Of a stretch of 64,000 nucleotides of DNA, positions 12,701 to 59,700 are shown in pieces. Each line of letters begins with the position of its first letter. Position 1 is the first letter of the stretch. Under the pieces are notes generated by a model. That model had not been told where the DNA came from. It saw only the letters and a list, made by a program, of their open reading frames with translations, and searched no databases. Origin of the DNA: Podarcis liolepis (Eukaryota); NCBI GenBank assembly GCA_965112155.1, contig OZ218099.1. One strand, given 5' to 3'. The position numbers and the translations under genes were made by a program.

Positions 12701-15700
12701 TTCCTCTTCTCACACTTCCCAAAAATCTGTTCCAGATGGTCCTCCAACCACCTGAAGCAGATTTTGAGGGTTAACAGCAGGCTTGCAGGAGAGGAGAAAA
12801 TTCCCAATGATTTTTTTATTTTACTGTTGAAGCTCTACATAACTATTTCATCATACTTAAAACTTTGCCAACTAAATATTCAAAACATGAAAATGCTTTC
12901 AATGTGTTGCATGAAGGGTCTCTTGAAACCTGTTGTTTTTCTCATATTTAACAGCTTCAAAGCCTATGAATTCTAATCACAAACACATTGTGTGCATGAA
13001 AATGAAAGATTGTTTTACCTGTAAAAAGCCTCTTGGTAAGGAGTCTGACACTGTCACGAAATTGCCTGTCTTGTGCATTAGTTCATCCCCTTCATCTTCG
13101 CTGTCATCTTAAAAAGAAATTATTTCAAACATTGTATTGTTTTATCTGTGCAGCCATATGAAAAGTGGCAACATAAGCTAAATGCAATATATGAAAAGAA
13201 GTCAGAACTTATTCAGTATACAGTCAGGTAGTGTGTCATAAACCCTGCTCCTACTCTCTTACAGCAGCTTGCAACGGTCAGTAGTAAGACAGTCTGCGTC
13301 CTCAGGTAAACAATCTAAAACAGGGTAGGCAGCCTTCAGGGTTGTGTGATCTACTTTGTTTTTTACTTGAACCTTGAAGGCAACCAAATTGAAGCCAAGT
13401 GCAAAATAAGAACTGCTTAAAATTCTCAAGGATAAGAACTGGAGTCAGATGCAAAATAAGCAGTTAAAGAAAATAAGAGTTAAGGAATGGGATGTGCAAC
13501 CCAGGAAACTGGGAACCAAGCAAGCATGTTCTTTCACACAAACACCCACATACACCTGAGGAGAAGCCAGCTCCCTGTAGCTGCTCCTTCTATGGCCAAT
13601 GGATGAGGCCAAGTTGGTCTCTCCCTTGCCATGATGTTCTTCCTACATTAGTCCCTGCGAGACTTCCTTAATCAGAAGTCCCAAAATCTTTCTCTGCAGA
13701 ACATGTGCAGAGGATTGCATCTTAATTACTTTATTGACTTTGGTTCATGCTATAGAAAGTCCCACATTTACCTTCATCTCTGGCTTTTCTTACTTTCTTC
13801 TTCCTGTCCCTCTGTGCCCAGGAAGGGGTTGCTCCCATTGCGCTCTGAAATCTAAGGAAGACAAGTCTGTACTTCACCCACAACTGTTACTTAAGACACA
13901 GCCTTATTCACTGAGGTAAGTAAAAAAAAACTATCAGAAATTTTAAGTAAATATGCCAGACAATTTTGAAAGATGGGTGAAAGAATGATGAGCATTAAAT
14001 ATCTGATGAAGAGAGGGATGCAGGGCAAGAAACTCAGGACAGACAGCCTTATAGTATCTCTCTCTCTCACACCCACACACCCCTTGTGATGCAAGAGCAG
14101 ATGCAAGCTGTTTAAAGGATGGACTGTGAAGGATGAAAAACATTTTCCTCAACCCTCCCCACCTCTCGCAAGTAAACCTCTCATTATGACAATAAATAGG
14201 GAAATGCTTTTGAAGTGTCCAAGCACCCCAGCCATTTTTGCCCTTCCTTTTTAAGTTCAATTTGAATCATCCTGCCATTTCCCCTTTTCTCAATATTAAG
14301 CAGTAAAACTTCATAGCTGCATAAAGAAAATTGATTTTTTTTGCATTTTAGTATGTATGGAAATAAATATAGACATCTTCAAAAATTCAGATTAATTTAC
14401 AAATTGTCTGTTTTGAGAAAACACATATTGGAAGGCCTCTTCAAAAATGAGGTTATATGCTAACATTTTTTGATGCCAATTCAAATAAATAATCAAAAAT
14501 TATTTTTTCTTAAGATGGTTGTCTCTTGTCCATGTTACCATTAACACTCACTGTTCTTGAAGTCTTCTTTGAAGTTTTTCCTTTGTAAGCTTCTTTTCTG
14601 CATCACTTTTCATCATGTTTTTTCGATATCGATGGGTCATGTCAATTCTAAGAGAAAAAAGTCACATGCTAAATTTGTATAGTTCTGTAAAAATATTAAT
14701 TTTACCAAGATGATCACTTTACAAATTAAAGCAAGTGAATAGCTTATATTTTGAAACAGTGGCATGTAGTTCATGTTACATAGTAAGATTACATAGTAGA
14801 GTCAACGTGATGGAGTGGTTAAGAGTGCCAAAGTAAGATTGGGAGATAAAGGTTCAAATCATCACTCAGCCATGAAATTCACTGAGTGGCCATAAATAAA
14901 ATACTTCCTCTTCCTAACCTACTTTACAGGATTAGCATGGGGAAGAAATGGAAAAAAGTTTATTTTAAAATCAGCTATAAGGTTCTAGAATTTCCAAAGC
15001 TCTTAAAAAGTGGACATCCTGGCAATATTTTGTAAAAACTTGCAGAAAACACACACATTAACATCTTCACTCAGAATGAATGGTTAAGATGATGGGTGGT
15101 ATCCAATTGTGCACTGATGCAATGGACTTCCACTTGCGCAAATGGGACTTTCCTTCAACCTGCAGCCACCCAAAATCTGCTCTGGAGGATCGACAGATTG
15201 CAGGGGGAAGAGGGAAAAGGTAAGTCACAGTACATCCGCTGGTGCGACTCTTGACCTTGCGCTCACAGTATGTAAGATGCTTACACCCCAAACCCACATA
15301 TGTTAGGTTGAAGACAAGCCCCACAAAGTTGAATCCAACTTGCTTACAACTACAGCTTTGCTTCACCACACTTGATTCACGAGTCAAAGTAAACCACTAA
15401 CCATGGATTACTGTGAAATGCAAACATAGCCTATGAGTGCTGCTTACATTTCCTCAACTTCATCATCTTCATCCACCCATGCTGGTTTTTCAGATGGAAG
15501 AAAGTTGTCTTCCATTTCATTATCCACTTCTGAGCCATCAGATTCTCCTTCAAGGAGATTCCCACTGAGCACGTCACCAACCTTAAAAAAAGAAAGAATA
15601 TTTTCTTTAATCTTAGAATTTAAAAACATGTTACAGATTGCCACCCATGAATCTTTAAAAATTCCTTAAAAACTTATCATTGTTTATTCTCAGACCACTT

Positions 15701-16802
15701 GTCAGGAGCCTGAAACTGAGATAACTGACAAGCCCAGTCTCAGCTGTACTGCCACATGAATCCTGAGGCATTTCGGACAGAACTTCCTGCTAACCACATA
15801 CCTGAGGAACATTGTGCTGTTCTACAACACCCATATAATAGCTTTCAGAGTTCAGAAGGCATACTTGCACTGTTTGCTGCCATGACAGGACAGCACCCCA
15901 CATCTGGATACTATGGTGAATTTACAAATATTTACGTGAACTGAAAAAGTTAGGAATTTTTTTAGGGGGTGAAGAACTAATTTGCTTGAATGTTACAGTG
16001 GGTATTCAGACTTAATTTACCACCTCCTGGAATACTTTCAAAGTGGACGAGACAGAAGATTGTGACCTCTAGATAAGGCATTCACACAGCCACCTACAAA
16101 GGGACAACCATTAGCAACTTTACAACCTCAACTGTTTGACTGAAGCCACAAAAAAATTATTTTTAAAAAACAGCACAAAAGAGTGCCCTTTTTCTATGCT
16201 GTGCTATCATAACTACAGCTGCACCCCTCTCTTCTGAACATTTGCTACTGAACCGGCAGGGCCGGCACCAGTTTTTGTGGACCAATGCTCCAGGTGTGTA
16301 AGACAGGCAGAAATTCCGTAATATGTACTGGTGAAACATCTGCATCACTGTATCTGCGTGTCCATAAACATCCACTCGTGCAATTCAAGCTTATCACGCT
16401 GCCAGCAGCTCGGGCAGGGATGTGGGGCTCATAGAAAGAAGAGAAAGCTGGTGGAAAGAACCATTATCCACTAGATACCGTGAGGCTGATTATTGCTATC
16501 CAGTCCGGGGGGGACAGACACACCAAAACAGGCTTCCCGCCTAATACCTTCGCCAGCGGGCCTTGCAGACGCTGCAGGTCGTCGTCTCCTTCCTCCACGT
16601 CCCCAAACAGCAGCTCCTCCAGGCCACGCTCCGCCGCGGGTTTCTCTGCCACGAGAGCCAAGTGCTGAGCCCGACGGATCTCCTCCGCGGCAGCCGCCAT
16701 GTGGCCGCCTCGCTCCTCGCCTCTTTCAAGCGGCCCTTTTCCGACCCGACGCCGCTTTCTGCCCTTCGACGCGCCTCGCCGGCCCGCAGCCCTCGCCTCC
16801 AT
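6698..16802 (-). CDS. UTP18: U3 snoRNA-associated protein 18 (WD40, SSU processome); spliced CDS of 13 coding exons, 1614 nt, 537 aa
   Basis: Exons 16802-16548, 15581-15448, 14647-14552, 13851-13772, 13107-13019, 12223-12098, 11676-11502, 11144-11044, 10396-10306, 9882-9759, 8854-8680, 7282-7140, 6722-6698. All GT-AG with consistent phases. Peptides match UTP18 (KPAWVDEDD, VQFHPSAQ, NPKIQSI, MDFSPRSGYF, HYSDF*). Confidence 0.96.
7140..7282 (-). CDS. UTP18: UTP18 exon 12
   Basis: VHIPSFTVFPNFP...MDFSPRSGYFSIANNKGRALLYR. Confidence 0.95.
8680..8854 (-). CDS. UTP18: UTP18 exon 11
   Basis: SSSGVVNVYAQDDCL...PKPLKAIMNLVT...EAVKL. Confidence 0.95.
9125..9420 (+). mobile_element. Degenerate L2-type LINE fragment
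   Basis: cttgccacagtagttcatgc...tagattactccaatgcactctatgtgggg corresponds to the L2 ORF2 'ATVVHAL..SRLDYCNALY.GLP' region, and resembles 23310-23390. Confidence 0.55.
9759..9882 (-). CDS. UTP18: UTP18 exon 10
   Basis: QGEVFVWDVKSRRCLNRFYDEG...NQYVACG. Confidence 0.93.
10306..10396 (-). CDS. UTP18: UTP18 exon 9
   Basis: TKELIGSMKINGKSLESSFSPDSSKIYTHS. Confidence 0.93.
11044..11144 (-). CDS. UTP18: UTP18 exon 8
   Basis: LEEKFIKNFEVSPDGRFLLLNGTSGYLHLLTMK. Confidence 0.93.
11502..11676 (-). CDS. UTP18: UTP18 exon 7
   Basis: VDGIANPKIQSIHLEGFP...IPITHIR. Confidence 0.95.
12098..12223 (-). CDS. UTP18: UTP18 exon 6
   Basis: MKNCKFANSERL...VQFHPSAQVIMTAGLDRSVSLFQ. Confidence 0.95.
13019..13107 (-). 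CDS. UTP18: UTP18 exon 5
   Basis: DSEDEGDELMHKTGNFVTVSDSLPRGFLQ. Confidence 0.92.
13772..13851 (-). CDS. UTP18: UTP18 exon 4
   Basis: FQSAMGATPSWAQRDRKKKVRKARDE; AG acceptor, GTAAAT donor. Confidence 0.88.
14552..14647 (-). CDS. UTP18: UTP18 exon 3
   Basis: IDMTHRYRKNMMKSDAEKKLTKEKLQRRLQE; AG acceptor, GTGAGT donor. Confidence 0.92.
14800..14950 (+). mobile_element. Degenerate tRNA-derived SINE (Squam3/MIR-like)
   Basis: gtgatggagtggttaagagtg...ggttcaaatc...cagccatgaaattcactgagtg. Confidence 0.5.
15448..15581 (-). CDS. UTP18: UTP18 exon 2
   Basis: VGDVLSG...KPAWVDEDDEVEE; TTTAAG acceptor, GTAAGC donor. Confidence 0.92.
16548..16802 (-). CDS. UTP18: UTP18 exon 1
   Basis: MEARAAG...ERGLEELLFGDVE...PLAK; donor GTATTA. 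A second in-frame ATG lies downstream, so the start is less certain. Confidence 0.85.
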
Positions 16803-17841
16803 GCTACCTCTGCCTTCACGGGACAAACCGGACGCGGAAAGGCCCGCACGTTCGCGTCACGGAAACCGGAAACGCCCTTCCCGCTCAGTTACCACAGAGA
16901 GGCACGCAGGCGCAAACACGTCCGCCCTCCCAGCCACAGTACTCAATGAAGCCGCCGTGACGCCGCCTGAATGAACATGCGATGTAAACAAACAGATAGA
17001 TTACCAGAGAGATACGCGGGCTGAGGGGGCTTTCGGCGCGAGCTCCTCACCCCTCCCCACCCCAAGGCAAATGGAGACCGGAATAAAACGACCTGCGTAA
17101 CATTTGTCTTTTTCTCTATGTCTTTGCCTTCCCCCGCTCCGTGAGAAGCACTGCCACGTGACCTCCTTGGCCCCGCCTCCTTTTCACATGACCTCAATGT
17201 TTCAGTGTATTCCCCCCCAACACACACACACTCTCTTTCCCCCATTTTCCCCCCTCATAAGAACCGCTCTCTAGGCGGGCTGTCCCATCACTTGTAAAAC
17301 AGTGGGGGGGGCAGGTGAAAGCACCTTTTTTTAAAAAAAGATTAACGTCTCCTCAGTTGAAGGCAAACTGAGACGGAGAGAAGCATCCCATCAAATCTGT
17401 AGCCGGTCGCGGCGACCGCTTTAACGCCGCGGCTGCGACCGTCCTCGGTCCCCATCGTCTCTCCTCCCCCCCCCTCTTCCGCATCATAGTTCAGGCCGCC
17501 CAGCCGCGTACGGCGAGCGAGGGCGATCCAAACAGCGAGGGGGCCAATGGGAGCGCGCCGTGGGCTGGGGCCGTACTACGCGTGCGCAGTGCGGTTATGC
17601 TAATGTTGTTGATATTCTGGGGCTTGGAGTTGAATGTCTTTTCTCTCACACACTCTGCGCTCTTCCCCCCCGTTTAAAGTGAGAGGCTGAACTTTCCTCC
17701 TCCTCCAACCTGGCTCTGCCCCTCGGAAAGGGGAGGGGGAGAGTCCGGGGGGTGGGGGCTGAGCCGAGGGGGCGGGAGGGGGGGAGGAGGAGGAGGAGGT
17801 GAGCGGCGGCGGCAGCGGCATCCTTTGCCCATGAGGGCCTG
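16803..17841. promoter_or_regulatory. Bidirectional CpG-island promoter between UTP18 and MBTD1, plus MBTD1 5'UTR
   Basis: Start codons about 1040 bp apart, head-to-head. CpG-rich ~16500-18400. CGGAA ETS-like sites 16835-16872, E-box CACGTGAC 17155-17162, CCAAT ~17544, NRF1-like GCGTGCGCA ~17580. Confidence 0.8.
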
Positions 17842-54790
<36,949 letters not shown>

Positions 54791-55956
54791 GTAATGGGTC
54801 ATGTAAAAAAACAACAACGCTTATTAATGGAGGGCAAAATTGATTGAGGATCAAGCATGGTCAGGCATGAAACATGCTGACTCATTGCCGCCCTCACTTT
54901 TCATTTAAAAATAGAAAGAACATCCATTTCCTCCAGTATTTGCATCAGCCCATAAGCCCATCTCATTGAATTAATCACAAGTGTTGAGTCCCTGTTTTTT
55001 CCTGCTGCTTCAGAACTCAGCAAATCTCCTCAAAATGAACTAAATGGAAGTGCTTTCAATGTACATACTGAAACAAAGTGAACTAAATGCCAATAGATTT
55101 CAGTTATCACTGGATATTATTTTATATCCTGGATGTCATATCCAAAAATAATCAGTGGTCACCCTAAAAAAAGAGGGAAACTAGTTTTGGAAGATTTTAA
55201 AAACATCACCCCCCAAAATTAATAGACCTTTGTCAACAGCCTGCCACATTTTTCTTTAAGCTGAAAACAGATTTCAAAATGAGAAACACTCTCATTTATA
55301 TGTTCCCAAAATAAGTCCCTGTTGTGTGTTACTATTCTGATTATCATTCTGACACAATGAACAGGAGAAAATGAGCAGAATGAAAGGATTGAGTCACACT
55401 TGAGATCAATACAAACTGTAAGGTTGACATAGATGCCTCTTTCCAACTGTAAGAGAATTGAAAGTACAAAGCAATTTACTCCCAACAGTGTTTAGTGTGG
55501 AAATAGGTGCTTATTTAGTCTGAAGTAGACGGCTGCCTCTAAGAAAATGCAGGAGCTTATATTGTCAGTCTAATTCAGAGCTCCACTATGGAGAACTCCC
55601 CCACTTACTAGTATCTTGCTGGGCTTAATAGTGGAAAGGGTAGCACTGCATGCGCAAAGGATACTGGCAGGCTCATTAAAGTCTTGTCAATGTCCATATT
55701 TAGGTTGAAACAAAATGGTGCCCACTTGGAAAGGTGCTAGGTTTCAATCCTAGAAATATACACAAGTTGGGTCTGCTCCCCTTCCTTGTGAATTCTAACT
55801 AATGCAGAAATCTGGCTAGATTGGGAGGTTCTTTTCTGGACATAACCCAATTTGGACTCCACCAGAATCTATTGTGGGATCTTTCCTGTTCCAGGAGGGG
55901 CTTTTCAGGCATGGCCACAGATGCATATTGTCATATACCTGTGGCATGATTGGTGC

Positions 55957-56748
55957 TGTCAGAGCTGCTTGAAGATCCTAGCTCACAGAGGATCACGCTA
56001 GCCAGCGGTCATTAAGTAAAAGTCTTTATTGAATTACAGTTTCCATTCTCACGCTGCTGCGCGCAACTCTACGCCTAGTAGCTAGGTCGGCGAAGCTCCG
56101 TCTGAGTCTCCGCCCTGTGTGCACCAACTTAATATCCTAGCCTTGCTCCACCTTTTCCTCCTGACTGTCCTCCTCTGGGTCCCTCTACCCCCCGGGGCTT
56201 CTTCCTTCCGGGATTCTTCTGACGCTGACCCAGACCCTCCTGCCTCCTTGCGCCGGGCTTTAGGACCTGGCTCTCTTTCGGGGCTGCTTACTGCGCCGCC
56301 TTCCTCTGCATTTGAACTTGGCGCGCGCGCCCAACCTTCCACTTTCCTCTCAACCGTTTCTTCGCTCCCCGATGGAGGTGTGGCCATCCCCGACTCATGT
56401 CCTCCCTCCTGTGGAGGTGTGGCCACTCCTGACTCATGTCCTCCCTCCTGTGGTGAGCTGCCAGCGCTTCCCCCCTGGCTCCCTTCCTCTTCCCTGCTTC
56501 CTGGCGGTGACGCTGGTCCCGATTTCCAGCTGCTCCCCCCTGAGTCCTCTCTGGCTCTGTCTTCCTGGGGTGCCCCCCTAGACTCCCCCCTTGCCCTCGC
56601 CACTGGTGCTCCTTTCTGTGAATCCTCTGATTCACTGGAAAGACTAGGAGATCTCGGGTCGTCGTCGTCACTCATCTTTTCTTCTGCCTCCTCCCCTTCG
56701 CTCTCTGTTTCCTCCCTTGCCCGTGCTTCTGCTCCTAAACCCCTGACA
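55957..56748 (-). repeat. 3' LTR
   Basis: Direct repeat of 61787-62578; AATAAA on - strand at 56025-56030. Confidence 0.96.
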
Positions 56749-59700
56749 TCCATCCCCCCCTCGAAGCCCCCCATTCCCCCCTCCCCTCCTTCCGGTGCTG
56801 GAGCTGGGGGCTGCTGTTGCAAAGGGACGAACGTCGGGTATCGGTCGCTTCCCGTGGCAGGCCTCCATCTGAAGTCTCCCGGGTCTTCCTCCCCGCTCTC
56901 GTCGACGACAGTCACCTCCGCTTCCATCTCTGTGCCGCCGTGCTCGAAACCAGGGTCGTCCCCGAAAACGTCCATGTCCGTCTCTCCCTCACTTCCTCCT
57001 GTCGGTGTTGCTCGTCCTGGGCCTTCCAGCCACCGTCTGCGCCACTGCTCCTCTGGCCTATCGTCCCACCAATACGAGGGTTCTGATGCAGATCCCGAGG
57101 GTGACCCCTCCGGGGAACGGACGTCTTGTGTCGGGTCCTCGTCCGAGTCGAACCCCCGGAAAGTGCTGGCCGAAAGTGTGGGCGTGAAAAGCCAGTCGTC
57201 AAAATATTCTGCTGGCATAGGTCTATGGGGAAAGAGGGCATGAAACTCGTCTTTGAGGAGAGGTTCGTCCAAGGCGTAGCCCGGCACCCAGCTGTTCGCA
57301 CTGGCCGGGGTGCCCTCCTTGGCGAGAAAGTATTCTACCCCCTCTTCCCCCCATCTGGAGTCCAAAATCTCAGTGACTTCGTTGATGCGCTCCTTCTGTG
57401 CCACTTCCGCGTGCCCTGTTCTGTCTCTGACCGGACTCGGTGCTGTTCCGGGTTCCTGGAACCTGTGCGGTGCCTTGTAGGGAGTGAGCACCGATCTGTG
57501 GAATACCGGATGCATTCTGGAACCCTCCGGAAGTGCCAGTCTGAAAGCTACCGGGTTGACCTGCTCTTCGACTTGGTAGGGCCCCAGTTGCTTATGCCCT
57601 AGTTTCTTCTTGGCCAACGACCTGGCCGGCACTGCGTGGGCTGCTAACCAAACCCAGTCTCCCACGTGGAGCTCTTCTCCAACCCTTCTGTGCTTGTCTG
57701 CTTGTACCTTGTATGCGTGCTTGGCCAGCTCCAGGTGGCGCCTCAGCTGATCGTGGACCTCCTGCAGCTCCGACGCGAACGCATCTGCTGTCTGCGGCTC
57801 CCCCTCCCCCATTCTTTCCAGTCCCGGGAAGGTTCTGGGGTGCCTCCCGTTGTTGGCGAAGAACGGCGTGACCCCCGTGGACACGTGCTTCGTGTTGTTG
57901 TAGGCGAACTCGGCAAGCGGTAGGTAATCCACCCACGTCGCAGGCTGTTGATTTGCATAACATCTCAGGTACTGCTGCATGATGGCATTGACCCGCTCCG
58001 CTTGCCCGTTGGTCTGCGGGTGTCTCGCCGACGCCAGGTTGATCTTGACGTTCAGGAAGCCCATCAGCTTCTGCCAGAAATTCGAGATGAACTGCCGCCC
58101 CCGGTCGGACAGAATAGACCGTGGCAGACCGTGAACCTTGAACACGTGGTCTATGAACAGTTTGGCGGTTTGCTCCGCCGTGGCCACCTTCGCACACGGA
58201 ATGAAATGCGCCATCTTGGAAAACAGGTCCACCACCACCAGCACTGCCGTCTTGCCCCTTGAGCTGGGCAGATCCGTGACAAAGTCCAGAGCCACCCTTT
58301 CCCAAGGTTCGACCGGAGTTTGCAGCGGTTCCAACAGTCCGGCCGGCGGTTTGTGCACTGGTTTGGCCCTCTGGCAGGTGTCGCACCTCGCCACGTAGTC
58401 TGCGACCTCCCCTCTCATACCAGGCCACCAGAAATCCCTGGCTACTAATTCCACCGTCTTCTCCTTGCCAAAGTGCCCGGCCGTGGGCGCGTCGTGCAGC
58501 TGCTGCAGCACCTTGGCTCGAAGTTCGTCTCCCGGCACGTAGATGGCCCCTTTTCGGATGAGCAATCCATCTCGTAGCCGGAAACCGTCGGCCGCTGCCT
58601 TGCCCCTTTGCACCTCTGCCATCTTTGCTTGTGCGAAGGAGTCCTCCTGCAACGCACGTCGCACCGCCTCTAGGTCCACGGTCGCCGCGGCGCACGCCCA
58701 CACTGCTGGTGCGAAGATGTGCATGGCGGCCGCTGGCGTTGCGTCCTCCAGATACTGTGGCTTACGGGAGAGAGCGTCTGCCATGATGTTGGTGTCCCCC
58801 GGGACATACTCTATTCGGAAGTCGAAGTTTGCAAAGAACTCAGCCCAACGTATCTGCCTCTGGTTCAGGAACTGTGCCGTGCGCCAGTGCTCTAGATTCT
58901 TGTGGTCCGTGCAAACCTGCACCGTGTGCTTGGCGCCGATCAGAAAGTGCCTCCACGCCTTGAACGCTGCGTGAATGGCCAGCAACTCCCTGTCCCAGAT
59001 GGTGTAGTTCTGTTCGGACTTGCTGAGCTTCCTGGAGTAAAACGCTCCCGGTCGCCACACCCCCTGCGGGTCTTTCTGCAACAGGACCGCCCCCACGGCT
59101 CTGTCCGAGGCGTCTGTCTCCACCCTCATCGGCTTGCTGGGGTTGACATGAAGCAGCTGCTCTTCCGACGCGAAGAGACGCTTGAGTGCCTGAAAGGACT
59201 GCTCCGCCTGCGCTGTCCAAACGAACTTCTTCTTCTTGGAGCTAAGCGTGTCAGTGATGGCCGCTGTCTGCATCGCGAAGCCCTTGATAAACTTGCGATA
59301 GAAGTTCGCAAAGCCGACAAACCGTTGGACCTCCTTCCGGTTGCGCGGACTCTTCCAATCCAACACCGCTCGAACCTTGGCGCTGTCCATGGCGAGCCCC
59401 TTGTCAGACAGCTTGTAGCCCAGAAAATCCACCTCCGGCACGTCAAATTGGCACTTCTCCAGCTTGGCGTAGAGCCTATGTTGCTTTAGCCTGCTCAGCA
59501 CTTCCTTGACGTGTCCGTCATGCTCCTGCTGCGACTCCGAAAAGATCAGGATGTCATCTAAGAAACAGACGCACGTCTTGTAGAGAAGTCCCGCCAACAC
59601 GTGATGCATAAACGCTTGAAAAACGTGGGAGCCATTTTGCAATCCAAAAGGCATAACTCTATATTCGTAGGTCCCCAGTGGCGTGAACATGGCTGTCTTC

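Noticed and set aside
56119-57243. 374-aa + strand ORF, and its 227-aa LTR copy at 61949-62632
   Set aside because: Antisense shadow of the GC-rich pol tail; S/P low complexity, non-ATG start, no domain.
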